Shown: positions 25,961 through 39,763, counted from the stretch's first letter. The stretch is DNA of 64,000 nucleotides from Octopus vulgaris (GCA_951406725.2 OX597817.1:175956001-176020000); one strand, 5' to 3'. The notes: generated by a model not told the origin, from the letters alone. Translations and numbers: made by a program.

Positions 25961-27585
25961 CTAGCATTATGATCCGTCGTTGCCGGGTCATAGTGCTAGT
26001 GCATGTATATATGTGTATATATATGTGTACATATTACATGTACATCTATATATATACATCTACACATAAAATACAAAATACAAAGTTATATCTTGATATC
26101 GCTAGTGATAACAATACTCAAAATATATAACAGACTGGAATTGTAGGCCCGTCTCTTGCAATTTCGATCAATTGTATCTTGTCCTCCCTCTTGTATAGAA
26201 GTGTGGCTACAATCCAGCCTACCTCTACTTCTGGGGGACATTTTTAATTTTTACCCGGGACGTCCTACGTCCCAGATATAAAGGTAAAAATAAAATATTT
26301 CCACTTTGCAAGGTTCGAGTCGAGTACTCCCTTGCATGCTTCGTTGACTCGAACCTTGCTTCTATTGTGGCGAAATTACCACAAGTATCTGGTTAGATAC
26401 TTGATATCTTCCATAGTCGCACCAAGACACTTTTGGATAGTGCTTTCCTCCAGGTGTTCAAATTATTTTTTTCTCTACATTGTATACTTTATAGACAATA
26501 GTCTTTTCTTTAATTTAATTTTTTATTTTGTTTGGTGGTGTTATCCTAGATTCATTGTCTTTGTCGGTGATCAATCCGAAATAGGTTTGTATTTCTTCCA
26601 TTTTAATTTTAATGAGTTCGCGCCCGCCGACGGCTGCAGTGAATTTCACTTTTGGACTTTCTTCTATCGAAGGCATTTTAACAAAAATGCTTCCGTATAA
26701 ACGGTGAACATATTGTCAATTTCCCCAAACAGGGACACAATTCAATTTTTAAACAATAACCAAAGCTCCTTCTCCCAAAGGGGGCGGGGGTTATGGTTTA
26801 CAATTATTTAACAAATGCAACACAACAACGTTTCACTTTCGAGGAACCAACAAACGTGATAACAATAGTTAAACAGTAATAATAATAACAAGCCTTACGG
26901 TGAATCGAAAAGCAGCACGCAGTTGAAGCTATAGTACTTTATGTAAAAGAAATAAACCAACAGCAGTACTCAATAGAGGTGGCTGTTCGAGAAAACAGAC
27001 ATTACATACAGCCAAACTTCATATAGATACTTAATGCTAGCAAATTAGCAGATAATCTAATGTAAGAGTCGTGGTAAAAGGTATGTGCACAGCTCCATCT
27101 GGACTATTCCATTTCTGCACACTAATTTTATTTTTAATTTATTCCCATTCATGTGTAACCACTTATTCAAGTTCAAGTCATTGATGCAATTTTATACCAA
27201 TTGCTATTTTTACTTTTGTTATGTTACGATTTAATTATTATATTATACTTTAGTTTGATTTTAATCATTACTTACTACATATAATTCAATTGTTATTATT
27301 ATCTCTAATTTTTATTGTTAAAGTGAAAGTATCTGACATAAAATAGAGAAATGTTTTTGTTTCACTTTTAACACGTAATACTGAAATAGTGGAGAAGATA
27401 TGATATTACTATGGGCTCGCTCTAGGCAAGAAGTTGAACATTTTTGCCCATGAAACTACATGGACCCTAAGTAAGGCATGTGTAAAATTTGAATGAAATT
27501 GGTTGTGTAATTCTCAAGTTTTAGGGAAACACACAGAGGCAGACAGACAGACAGACAGACATTCTCAGTTTTATATATACAGAGA
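25961..27585 (-). mobile_element. non-autonomous Helitron (1.6 kb) with internal captured sequence
   Basis: Minus-strand 3' end gacccggcaacgacggatc...CTAG. The 5' end tc..tatatataaaactg..tgtctgt is similar to the other two Helitrons. Confidence 0.65.
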
Positions 27586-27673
27586 TTGTGTGTGTATGTC
27601 TGTGTATGTGTGTATATATGTATATATATTTGTGTGTGTGTGTGCGTGTGTATGTGCGCGTGTGTGTATGTGT

Positions 27674-27713
<40 letters not shown>

Positions 27714-28262
27714 ACAAAACTCTTGGCATCTGAATAAATAATTTCTGCAGATCAAAATAATACCAATACTAATAATAGTCCTTTCTGCAATTGGCACACG
27801 GCCCAAAATTGCGTCGGTGAGAGTTAGTCGATTTCATTAATCCCTGTGCTTGACTGATGCTTATTTTATCGACCCCAAAAGGATAAATGACAAAATCAAC
27901 CTCAGCAGAATTTGAATTTGGAACGTAACGCCAGAAGCGTTTTTATCCTTTTACGGTAGCGATTCAGTCAGCTTACAGCCTTAATTATAGCAATGAGAAT
28001 AATGATATCTTATATATAGTCATAATTATTCTCGGAACAATTATGTAAAGGCTTTCCAAAAATCCAATTTTGACATTAGAGAGAAACAGAACGCTTTCTC
28101 ACCCTCAATTTATGCTTCGAAGATTACAATCTACGAAGCATAAGTTTCCAAATGTAAACAACTGTACATTTATTCATATTATACATATTTGCAATGTTAT
28201 AATTTACTCTGTATTTTACATGTATGAATATATATATGTATATACGTCTTGTGTGTGCGTGC

Positions 28263-28326
<64 letters not shown>

Positions 28327-28548
28327 ATATTCATATATCATTTGTTTACTAGTTTCAGTTGCTGGACTGCGACCTTTCTGGAGCACAACCTTGGAAGGTT
28401 TCAAGCGAAGCTATCGTTCTAAGCATAGTGCTTACTCTGTCGGTCTCTTATGCCGAAACGACAGGTTACAAGAACCTAAGCAAACCAGCACCGGCTGTCA
28501 AGTGTTGGCAGGACAGACACTAATGCGCACACATAGACATATGCATAC

Positions 28549-28582
<34 letters not shown>

Positions 28583-28601
28583 CACACACATATATACACA
28601 C

Positions 28602-28656
<55 letters not shown>

Positions 28657-28750
28657 GATCTGAATGATATGATATATATATGTAAAAAATGTAATATATA
28701 AATAAATATCTGTAAATATGAACCATCCGATCTTCTGATTACCTCATTTC

Positions 28751-28782
<32 letters not shown>

Positions 28783-28913
28783 CGCACGCATGACGTTAGT
28801 CCTTCAGTTTCAATCTACTAAATCCACTCACAAAGCCATACTTTTACAGACAAGTGTGAGAGGGTGTGTATTTATACACATGCGTGCGCGCGCATATATA
28901 TGTGCACAAAATC

Positions 28914-28962
<49 letters not shown>

Positions 28963-29024
28963 GCCTACATATGCATATGTATATATATATATGTATTTAT
29001 ATGTATACATATACATATATATAT

Positions 29025-32000
29025 GAATCTAGCAAATGAATCTAGCAAAAGAACTGGAAAAAAACATCCGAGCTATCACCCACCACCATCCACCACTATT
29101 ACCCCACTGCACATGCCATTAAAAAGCAATCAAATAAACAAATCACCAAAACAATTAAAACCATTCACTCTCGCCTCAACATTTCTGCTTAATGCCCAAG
29201 GCATCAGCCCTTCCACCAATACACAAAAATGGAAGATAAGATTCCTGGAGGACTGGGTCGAGGCCCATCCAAACCACATCCCTTTCTTCGTCCTCACTGA
29301 AACCCATCTTAGTGACCTCCACTTGGAAGCCGAGGTGAAAGTTAAAAATTTCAAAACCATTCGTGCTGATCGTGCTGGCAGAAGAAAGGGTGGGACTGCC
29401 ATTTATGTCCATGATTCATTCTCAACAGAAGCCATGAACATATTTTCCAATGGGTACTGCGAAGCAGTCGCTGTATTCAGTCAAACCAACAACTTAACAG
29501 TAGTTGGGCTCTACAGACCACCCCAAACGCCCCTACCATGCTTCAAGGAATGCCTCAGCAGCATAAAGTGTTTCATTCAGCAGTGTCAACCTGACAACAT
29601 TTTAATGATGGGAGACTTCAACCATCCCGGGGTTGACTGGTCTACAAACAGTCTGCCGCCAGGTTCTTCTCTCTCAACCCCTGCAAGGGAGGCAGTGGAA
29701 TCGCTTCTTGACTTCATGGATGACTTCTTCTTGTCCCAACTGGTACTCGAACCAACGAGATGTCACAAAAAGGTCTTAGACTTAATTTTCAGCAATCACA
29801 CTGATACTATCCACAATATTGCAGTGGAGAAAACCCTACTCTCCGACCATGACATGGTTCTCTGTGATCTGAGATTTCACTTGCCAAAATGCAAAACAAA
29901 TGTCATCCCTCCTGTTCATCCATTTGACACTATGGATTTCCACAATGCAAACTGGGAAGCGATCAATAATGATCTTGCACAAGTCGATTGGTCCTTCACG
30001 CACACATACACACCCACTAACATCAAAAAGTCCTGGCAGTCACTTGTAGACACCATCACGAACATATGTGCAAGACACACCCCATTAAGATCTGCAAACA
30101 AATCTAAGTGTCGAATCCCTAGAAATAGAAAATCTCTCATAAGGAAAATTAAAAGAATCAACAAAAAGATCAACATGCTGAAATACTGTCAACAGCAACA
30201 CACCAACCTGACTGCCATCTCGTCGCTAGATATTAAAAAACATAAACTCCAAAACAACATGATGTCTATCATCAATAGTCAGCGAAGAGCTGAAGAGGCC
30301 TGGGCCATTGAGAAGATCAAACTCAATCCCAAAGTGTTCTTTTCATTTGCAAAAAAACATAGAGTCACTGGTTCTACTGTTGGCCCTCTGATTGATGAAA
30401 ATGGTACTCTTCAAGACAATGCCAAAACCATGGGAGAGATATTGCAGAAACAATATTGCTCTGTTTTCAGCAATCCTGATATGACTGATCTGGGCTGTAT
30501 CAGTGATGTTACTCCCCAATACACTTTATCGGACATAACATTTGGCGCTCCTGATGTCTTAGCAGCAATAAAGGAAATGAAGCATAATTCAGCAGTAGGT
30601 CCCGATAGGTTCCCTGCTTGTGTCTTGAAGATGTGTCAAAACCAACTTGCACCCCCTCTAGCCAATCTGTGGCGGAACTCACTGGATGCTGGATATATAC
30701 CAGAAGACCTTCTATCCCAGTCTGTTGTCCCAGTTTTCAAAAAAGGAAACAAATCGCTTGCCGTGAATTACCGTCCAATCTCACTCACCTCCCATATCAT
30801 CAAGGTATTTGAGAGGGTGCTGAGATCGCGTATGACTCACTTCCTTGAGAGTCATAATATGCTGAACCCCAACCAGCATGGATTCCGTAATGGGAGAGAT
30901 TGCCTGACGCAGCTACTGCATCATTTTGATGACATTTTGAGAGCCTTGGGAGAAGGTTCCAACACTGATGTCATCTACCTTGATTTCAGCAAGGCCTTCG
31001 ACAGGGTTGATCATAAGATCCTTCTGAGAAAGCTGTCCAATATTGGTGTCACTGGAAAGCTGCTGCAGTGGATCAAGTGCTTCCTGTCTAACAGAACCCA
31101 ACATGTTGTAGTCGAAGGAGTCAAATCCAGCCCAGCCAAAGTCAGCAGTGGTGTCCCACAAGGCACTGTGTTGGGCCCACTTCTCTTCATCATCTACATA
31201 AATGATATTACTGACACCATCAAACACAGTAACATCAGAACCTTTGCTGATGATTCCAAGCTCCAGAAGGTCATCAATGGCGTGGATGACCGAATAAACC
31301 TTCAGTCAGACCTACTGGCTGTTGTCCAATGGGCGGAAAAGAATAACATGTTGCTAAATGAAGACAAATTCGAACTGATCCACTTTGGAAGGGAGGACGC
31401 TCTGAAACTCCCATACTCTCTTCCTTCTGGAGAAATTCTCATGGCATCCAACAACATCAGAGACCTGGGAGTAACAGTGGACAACAACATAAGCTGGGCT
31501 ACACATATAAGCAGCAAAGTTGACATGGCCCGCAGAATGTGTTCCTGGATTCTCAGAACCTTCCAGTCGAGAGATTCCCACGCTATTATCCTTCTCTTCT
31601 TCACTTTTGCCCGACCCCACCTTGAATACTGCTGTCCACTGTGGTCTCCCTACACAAAGCAAAATATTATGAGAATTGAAGCTCCCCAAAGGTCAATCAC
31701 AAAAAAAGATAGATGGCATGTCAGACCTTGACTACTGGGGTAGACTAGAGAAGCTAAATTGTATTCACTCCAACGACGCCGTGAACGCTACATTATCTGT
31801 ATGATGTGGAAAATATTCCATCAGCACTGTCCGAATGATGTTGGCATCACCTTCAAAATGCATCCAAGGCTTGGACCACGTGCCATCCGTCCACAACAAA
31901 AATCTAAATCGCATCACGTAACGACAATACGGCACAACTATTTCACCTCAATTGGACCCGCTCTCTTCAACATTACACCAGGACACGTCAAAAAAGAAAC

Positions 32001-32204
32001 TGACCACACAAAATTCAAGAAGTCTTTGGACAAATTCCTTCAAACAGTACCGGACAAACCACCCACACCCGGATATGTCTCCGCAAACAATAACTCTCTG
32101 CTCGAATGGGCCTTGGTGCCCAAATCCTGAACTGAAAGACTTCGGCAGGTGGTGCTATTAAGTTAGACATGGCCTGGGCCAATACTGGCCAAAACCTTTC
32201 TAAG

Positions 32205-32205
<1 letters not shown>
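29025..32205 (+). mobile_element. 5'-truncated CR1/L2-group LINE (APE and RT), nearly intact ORF2
   Basis: LLNAQG, LTETHL, GLYRPP, MGDFNHP, LDLIF, SDH; NYRPISLT, YLDFSKAFD, GVPQGTVLGP, FADD (31243-31254), YSLQRRRERY. Embedded in (TA)n. Confidence 0.92.
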
Positions 32206-32273
<68 letters not shown>

Positions 32274-32350
32274 TGATTGATTCTAGTTTCAGCTCACGAG
32301 CTGTAACCATGCTGGGGCACCGCCATTTGGTGTTGCTACATGGTTTTACT

Positions 32351-35330
32351 TCACGAATGCTTTTTAGCAATTGCCATTTGGTGCATGAGAGAGTTCGATG
32401 CAGCTGCCCTCATCTGCACCTCCTGCCGTGAAGTTGGTTCATCTGGGATACCTGACAAGAAGAGATCCAGTTTCATTTTAAAGACATCTGCATCAACCCC
32501 ATGCAGGTCTCTTAGGTTCTTCGGGAGGATATTGAAGAGCTGTGGGCCTCGGAAGCCCAGGCTATCACAGTATCTTGTCCTACATCTTGATGGCAAATTT
32601 GGAGTCCTTGACACCACGCAGTGGCGCCCAGTTCTGGCATTTGTGTAACTCTAGATGCCAAAGTTTGGGACAAGTCCTTCCAGGATCTTCCAGATGTATA
32701 TTATGGCATATCTTTCTCGCCTACGCTCCAAGGAATAGAGTTTTAATCTCTTGAGTCTTTCCCAGTAGCTTATATTCTGCACAGAGGCTATCTTCTTCGT
32801 GTAGCTACGTTGGATCGCCTCAAGTTCTGTGATCAACTTGACACTGGATGGTGACCATAGCTGAGAGCAATAGTCAAAGTGGCTTAGGACAAGTGTCCTC
32901 CAGAGGACCATCATGGTTTCTTGTTCTCTTGTTCTAAAGGTTCTGAGAATCCATCCGGCCAGTCGTCTACATTTCATTGCCAATTTAGCAACATGTACAC
33001 GAAAGGTTGCGTCATCACTCATGTAAATACCCAGGTCACGCACTGATTGTGCCTCTGGGATTGTAATTCCTCCGGGTCCAGTGTATTCATTGGGTATTGC
33101 ATTTAGTTTTGCATGCTGATAGCATAAAGCTTGAAACTTTTCAGCATTGAACTGCATGCTATTCTTTTCAGCCCACTTGTATATTTTGTCCAGCTCACAC
33201 TGCAGGCGTTTAGTGTCCTCAGGGTTCTGTATTGCCTGTGAAACTTTTGTATCATCTGCATAACTTGTGATCGTGGCTCTCTACGTGGCTGAGGGCATGT
33301 CTGAGAGGGCCATTATGAACAGTAGTGGTCCCAAAACAGTGCCCTGCGGAACACCGCTCACTATTTGCGTGTTAATGGAAGTGCCCATGGCTACTACCAC
33401 CTAACTTCTATCTTTCAGAAAGTCATGAAGCCATTCTCCCAGTTTTCCAACTATGCTAAGATCATGCAGTTTGTGACATATCATTCCATGATCGACTTTA
33501 TCAAAGGCCTTTGCAAAGTCGAGATATATCACTTCCACATTTGAGTGGTTGAGCAGTCGTTTCAGCACCCAGTCATAGTGTTGTAGGAGCCGAGTTAAGC
33601 AGCTTCTTCCTGGTCGGAAACCATGTTGGGTGTCAGGCAGCAAGTCATTTTCTTCAAGGAAGGTGATTAGTTTCCTTCTGACTATTCGTTCCATGACCTT
33701 GCTGATGTGTGAGGTCAGAGAGATAGGTCTGTAGTTCTTGGCCTCCGCTCTGCTACCTCCTTTATGAATAGGGCATATTTTACCTTCCTTCAGTTTTCTT
33801 GGAAGTTTGCCAGTTGCAAGGAAGCTCTGAAAGAGGAACTGCAGTGGTCTTGCTAGGACTCTCTTACATACTTTTAGGAGGATTGCCGGGAATCCATCGG
33901 GGCCAGTAGCTGAGTCTGTTTTCATTTCATCTATAGCCTTTATTACATCGTCTTCCTTTATATCGATGTAATCTATCGTCGCTGCCTCTGACTTTATATC
34001 TGCAGTGGTAAAGAAGTCAGTTGGATTGCTGATTTGGAAATGCCCAAGGGGTGGAGTGAAAACACTCTTGAATTGCTTATTCAGTATTTCACTTACCCTC
34101 ATTGGTTTCCTGTGAGTGTGCCATCCTTTTCAAGGAGTGGTCCTATCGTACAGTGCACCGTAGCTGTTTCTTTGGCATACCTGTAGAAAGCTCTGGGGTT
34201 AGATTTTATGTTGTCTATAGCCCAGGCTTCTTTGTCTGCTCTTTCCTTTTCATGGGAGAGTTGCAGACATTTTTCAATTTCCAACAGTTTTATTTTCAGG
34301 CGGGACTTTTCACTGCTTTCAATTTGTTTGTTTAGGCGATTTGAAATTTTTGTACGCCGTCTCATTAAAATTTTCCTCTCTCCGGGGATTTTGTTCTTGT
34401 GTACAATGGCCTTTCTCTCTGTGACACATTTGTAGCATATGGCTTGCATTACACACATGAATTGTTGAAGTTTCACGTCGATGTCTCGCGAGGAGAGACA
34501 TTCAGGCCAGTTTTGTTTGAGGATCTCTTTCTCAATTTGTTTCCAGTTTGCCTTATGGAAGTTCAAGCTGGAAAGATTCTGAGGGTTTCTTGTAGGCTGC
34601 ATGTCCATGCTTTCCTTTGGCCCGTACATGGTCAGCTGTACCATGTTGTGATCCGAGAGTAGTGTCGGTGTCACTTTCACATTATGGATGAGATCCATAT
34701 TATTTGTGAAGCAGAGATCCAGTGTGTTACCTGCCCTGGTTGGTTGGAGTATTACTTGCTCCATGTACAGGGTGTTGATGAGGTTCAGGAGGGACCTCGC
34801 CTGTCCTCGTTCACATCTTGTAATTCCTGGGAGAGAAAGGCCCTCGGGCCATCTGACATTGGGTAGATTGAAGTCTCCCATAAGAAGTACACTTATGTGT
34901 TGTTCTAATGTGATTAGAACTTCTATTTTTATAAAGCAGTCTTCAAACTTGCCTACATGGCTTGGGGCATCTGGAGGGCGATATGTAGCACACACAACTA
35001 CATCAAGTTGCCTTATATGTACAATTAGTGTGTCACACACCGAGTTTGAGTATGACAAAAGGACCTGGGGTGTGAGGTCCTCACGGATGTACATAGCAAC
35101 TCCTCCATGACTCCTTTCTTTTCTATCGGTCCGTAGTACAACATACTGTGGTATGTGTAATTCCGCATCTGCTATGTCCGGTTTCAGGTGCGTTTCCGTA
35201 AGTGCTATGCATAAGGCTTGATTGCATGCAACAAAGTCTCTCAAGAACGGGATTTTTGTCCTGTTACTGAGTGTTTGCAGTCCTCTGATGTTCAGTAGGA
35301 GCATCGAGGTGAGGTGTATGCTGTTGCCGG
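32351..35330 (-). pseudogene. LINE ORF2 (APE-RT), disrupted
   Basis: LLNIRGL, LTETHL, YRPP, MGDFNLP, SDH, YLDFAKAFD, SYADD, LYSLERRRERY. Several stops and frameshifts. Confidence 0.88.
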
Positions 35331-36197
35331 CGGTGTCCACCTTGGGTCTATTTGCTGTGGTGGTCTTGTATATTGTGGGTAGTCCCATCTGCGAGCTTGG
35401 GTTTGATGAAGCCAGGTTAGCTGCTGTACAATCTTTTGTGCCATGCACAAAAAAGAGTCTTGTTCAGCAGCTGCCCTTTCAACAACATCATGTTGGCCGT
35501 TTGTGGCACGCACCACATCTACGTACCTCCGTTTTGGGGCAGGTGGTGCGTGGTCCATCCCTTTTCCTTTTGTTAGTTTGTTTCTGGTCTGTTTCGTGTC
35601 TCTGCGGCAGGGTCCCCGATGTGCAAAACGGCAGCCTGCACCTTCCTCTCCATGCCAGCAGGTACCTCTCAGGTAGAACCTACACACCCGTGTGCGCTGT
35701 TTGTTTCTATCCTTTTTGGTATATGGATAGTCAGTTTTACTTCTATTCTTGGCTGTTTCATTTTTTGGTTTTGTTTGAGTTTTTCTTTTAGTTTTTCCTC
35801 CTTTTATTTCTTCTTTGGGTTCTTCATCTCCATGGCTTTTGGTGCTGGTAGGAGCACTTGCACTTGGGTTTACTTCCCGGGCAGGTTTCTCACTTGAAAC
35901 CTCTTCCCGGGTGTCTACTAGGTGGGGATGACTTCTTTCATCAGCACCCGTGTCTCCATCCTTGCCATCTTTACTTTGTTCCTTCTCAAAGATGGCATCA
36001 AGCGTGCTAATGTGAGATCTTATAAGTGCATAGGAGAGTATAAACTCCTGCTTCTTCCGCTCTATCTGAGCTATTGTCCTTTTATAACTACCGCTCCTCA
36101 GCGCAGCTGTAATTATATTGTTAGGATTATCTCCGTCGGCGCATTGCCAGGTTCGTACGAACAACGCCAATTCGTCACGTCTCCAGGTTCTGGACAT
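35292..36197 (-). CDS. LINE ORF1 protein with CCCH zinc finger
   Basis: 301-aa open frame directly upstream of and overlapping the APE frame. Contains CRFYLRGTCWHGEEGAGCRFAH. Confidence 0.7.
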   Translation of the reverse strand: MSRTWRRDELALFVRTWQCADGDNPNNIITAALRSGSYKRTIAQIERKKQEFILSYALIRSHISTLDAIFEKEQSKDGKDGDTGADERSHPHLVDTREEVSSEKPAREVNPSASAPTSTKSHGDEEPKEEIKGGKTKRKTQTKPKNETAKNRSKTDYPYTKKDRNKQRTRVCRFYLRGTCWHGEEGAGCRFAHRGPCRRDTKQTRNKLTKGKGMDHAPPAPKRRYVDVVRATNGQHDVVERAAAEQDSFLCMAQKIVQQLTWLHQTQARRWDYPQYTRPPQQIDPRWTPPATAYTSPRCSY

Positions 36198-36204
36198 GTT
36201 GGAT

Positions 36205-36730
36205 ACTCTATATATTTATCTATCTAATTATGTTTAAAATTTAATAGTGTGATAGAGGGCAGAGAAGACGTAGAGAAAGAAAGTGACGGTGTATTTAGAG
36301 AGATTGAGAGCTGAGAGAAGATAAGAAGATATTTTATTTATTTATCTATCTAATTATATCTATCTAACTATATTTATTTATCTATCTAATTTATCTATCT
36401 AATTATATTTAAAATTTAATAGTGTGATAGAGGGTAGAGAAGAAATAGAGGAAGAAAGTGACTGTGTATTTAGAGAGATTGAGAGCTGAGAGAAGATAAG
36501 AAGATATTTTATTTATTTATCTATCTAATTATATCTATTTATCTATCTAATTATATCTATCTATTATATCTAATTTATCTATCTAATTATATTTATTTAT
36601 CTATCTAATTTATCTATCTAATTATATTTAAAATTTAATAGTGTGATAGAAGGTAGAGAAGAAATAGAGAAAGAAAGTGACTGTGTATTTAGAGAGATTG
36701 AGAGCGGAGAGAAGATAGTGACTATATATT
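36205..36730. repeat. three tandem units in the putative LINE 5' UTR
   Basis: tttaaaatttaatagtgtgatagarggyagagaaga...gagagaagata at about 36233, 36407 and 36627, separated by variable tatcta spacers. Confidence 0.8.
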
Positions 36731-37663
36731 TAGAAAAATTGAGAGGCTGAGAGAGGAAAGATTGTTTGACAGAGAGAAGTGGAGAAGCGAAGAGACAAGG
36801 AAAGATTGAACGGCTGAAAGAAGAGAGATGGTGTGATAGAGAGAAGTAAAGAGACAGATAGAGAAAGAAAAGAAAGAGAGGAGGTTACGAAGCTGATATA
36901 AAAATGAAAGATTAAGAAAATCAAAGATTATTAACAGGAAAGCTGAAATAGAAAATAATAGATTCTGAAATAGAGACGGAAAGATTATTAAAGTACACGT
37001 CTATGTATATATACGTATATATACACGTGCACATACATACACATACATACACACATATACAAATACAGAGAGAGAGAGGAGGTAGAAGAAAGAAAGTGAG
37101 GAAAATATATTAAAATATATTAAAGTGGGGAAAAGAAGGAGTTATATAATTCTAAAACTAATTACAAGAAGATAGATGTATGAAAGCGAAACAGAAATTG
37201 AAAGAGAGTTATTCTCAGAATGTAAACAAAGATGGCTTCGTAAATTTTAACGGAGATGCTAGCTTAAGTTAAAGGGAAATAAAATAATAAATAAAATATG
37301 AAATAGAATATGAAAGCAATACTTATCATAAACGGTGCAGTCTAGACCTTCGTGCTTTACGGAATTATTATTCCTTCACAGGAAAAATGCTTCTTTTTCT
37401 TTCTTACAGGAGATAAATTAATTTAATGAGTTGCTACCATATGCGTTTTCGGCGAAAAAAACCTACTGTATTACATTTGGCTTCAGGCAAAATATATTAC
37501 GTTTTTGATTAATATATTTTTAATTAATGTATTTTAGTAGACTTTATGAGTTAACAAAGTTCTACGTTTTGTTACTTTCAGTAGATTATTTCGCCGATTT
37601 ATGCAAACCTTTCTGTTTTTCCACAGAGCAAAAGCAAACACGTCCTTCCTCTGCGAAAACCGG

Positions 37664-37702
<39 letters not shown>

Positions 37703-37806
37703 TGTATGTATACACGTCTTTATCTACTATCTTTTATTTCACGCACTCATATTTTTTTACATATATATATATACACACATGTATATTTATATCCATAGTA
37801 TGTATG

Positions 37807-37856
<50 letters not shown>

Positions 37857-37860
<4 letters not shown>

Positions 37861-39378
37861 AAATGGATAAATGTTACGGATTATTCAAAAGATAACCGAT
37901 ACCTGGGTAGCAAAAATCACAACAGAAAAATCACGGTTGAGGTTACGACCATGGGGTCTCAAACCTGTGCCTTAGTGCGGAAATTTGAAGTTTATATATT
38001 TAGTGTAGGAAGAAATGGAGCTGAACGAAGATTTAACAAAATTCCTTTTTATTATTTTCTACATATGTTTCAAAGGCTGCAAAGTCCCTAATTCGGATTG
38101 AATAAGGAGACCATTTTGCAGCCTTCTCTTCAGGAAAATCCAGGAACTTAATTCTCCAACAAAATGCACATCAAACTTTTCGACAAACGCTCGCGAGGAG
38201 CCCATGGGATAAATGGCACAAAACTGTCTCTCAATATGCGTTGACGCCAGGCTGGGTGAAAGCCGACGAAAAAGTCCGTTGAGATAGATCAAGGTAAAAA
38301 TCCGGCTAACAGGGGGGAGTGTTACAGGAAAATCAAAGAGTGTGAATGTATTCTGTATGACTGGTGTTAATATTCGAATTGTTTTAAGAATGAGTGCTAT
38401 AGTGTTTGAGTGTGAGAAATTGCCTACATGTATGTGTGTGTGCGCCTATGTATGTGTGGCAGTGTGTTTAGAAGGCTGCAAGGGAGAGAGATATAGCAGC
38501 TATTAATGGTCAAGCAGCTGAAAGAAACTGTGTCTGTGTGTTCCTCTGTAACCAGTTGGTAGAGGGATGGAATGTCAACAATGGGAGGATACAGTGACAT
38601 CCCTGAAAGCAGTTGTAGATAAGTAGCAGTTCTTACGCTAATAGGGGAGTGACTTACAAATTTAATTCAAAATTTCTTTCTTTTCTTAGGAAATCAAGGG
38701 GTTAACTATCTTAGACTTCATTGGAATGCAAGAAATGTGTGCCGCTTCCAGTGCGGGCATCTAAAAGAATTTTGCACAATCGAGTTAACAAGTTGCCCTC
38801 GGGCGAACAGAATATGAAATAGTTCCGAGTTGCAAAGATTACAGATTCTTTTGCCTCTATCAAACGGTAAAGACACCGATAAAATCGACCATTCCAGTCT
38901 AAAGGTTGAATTCGCGTTCTTCAAACGCCAGACTAATTTACTTAGTCCCGTAGCGTGTTGCTTTCCAAAATCGCGAAACGTTGAGAAATGATTCGATATT
39001 CTAACAGCCAATTTCGATGATGAAGCTCCGATATACATGTAGACATCTGAATCAGTATAAACTGTGCACTGGTAAATGGCGTTTCTAATATTGGAATTAC
39101 TAGATAAAAACCTTATTCTATTGGGGTTGGCTTCCGATATTAATACGGCGTTCTTATTACTATGATGATTGTAAAAACTACGTCTGTCTTCGACATTATT
39201 CACCCCATTATCATTACTATTTAATGCAATATCGCCTGTATACTCCCTGCCACTGAGAACGCTGTGATTGCTAATGTCCGTGATACTACTGCTGTTAAAA
39301 CCGCTGCTAATATGTAGAAAATAATAAAATAATAAAAAGGAATTTTGTTAAATCTTCGTTCAGCTCCATTTCTTCCTA

Positions 39379-39382
<4 letters not shown>
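37857..39382 (-). mobile_element. 5'-truncated Penelope-like element (GIY-YIG, pLTR, short inverted pLTR)
   Basis: ORF 38718-39203 AIYQC..YIG..R..H, CNLC.SE, CPH is homologous to the 17330-17740 domain. About 39330-39382 is the reverse complement of about 38002-38054. (TA)n flanks. Confidence 0.88.
38055..38139 (-). ncRNA. type I hammerhead ribozyme
   Basis: Minus strand: attttc-CTGAAGA-gaaggctgcaaa...tttgcagccttt-GAAA-catatg-TA-gaaaat. Confidence 0.82.
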
Positions 39383-39431
<49 letters not shown>

Positions 39432-39575
39432 GAATGAGAGAGAGAACGACAGACAGACAGTGACAGAGGTGACATAGATAGATATGCATATATTTTTATC
39501 TTATATATAACTTCTAATAATTTATATAAACATATATATCTTATATATTTTTTATATATATGTATGTATATATTC

Positions 39576-39694
<119 letters not shown>

Positions 39695-39721
39695 CATACA
39701 CTCACACACATATATATATAC

Positions 39722-39763
<42 letters not shown>

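Larger units (their letters stand above)
32271..37666 (-). mobile_element. near full-length CR1/L2-group LINE (5' UTR, ORF1, ORF2, 3' tail)
   Basis: ORF1 35292-36197. ORF2 pieces 34099-35448 (APE), 33401-34102, YADD at about 33255, 32651-33157, 32351-32617. Tail ends in (AATC)n. The 5' boundary is inferred from the (TA)n junction. Confidence 0.85.

Noticed and set aside
28864-29025. N-terminal part of the 955-aa ORF
   Set aside because: Read-through of the flanking (TA)n; LINE sequence starts at about 29025.
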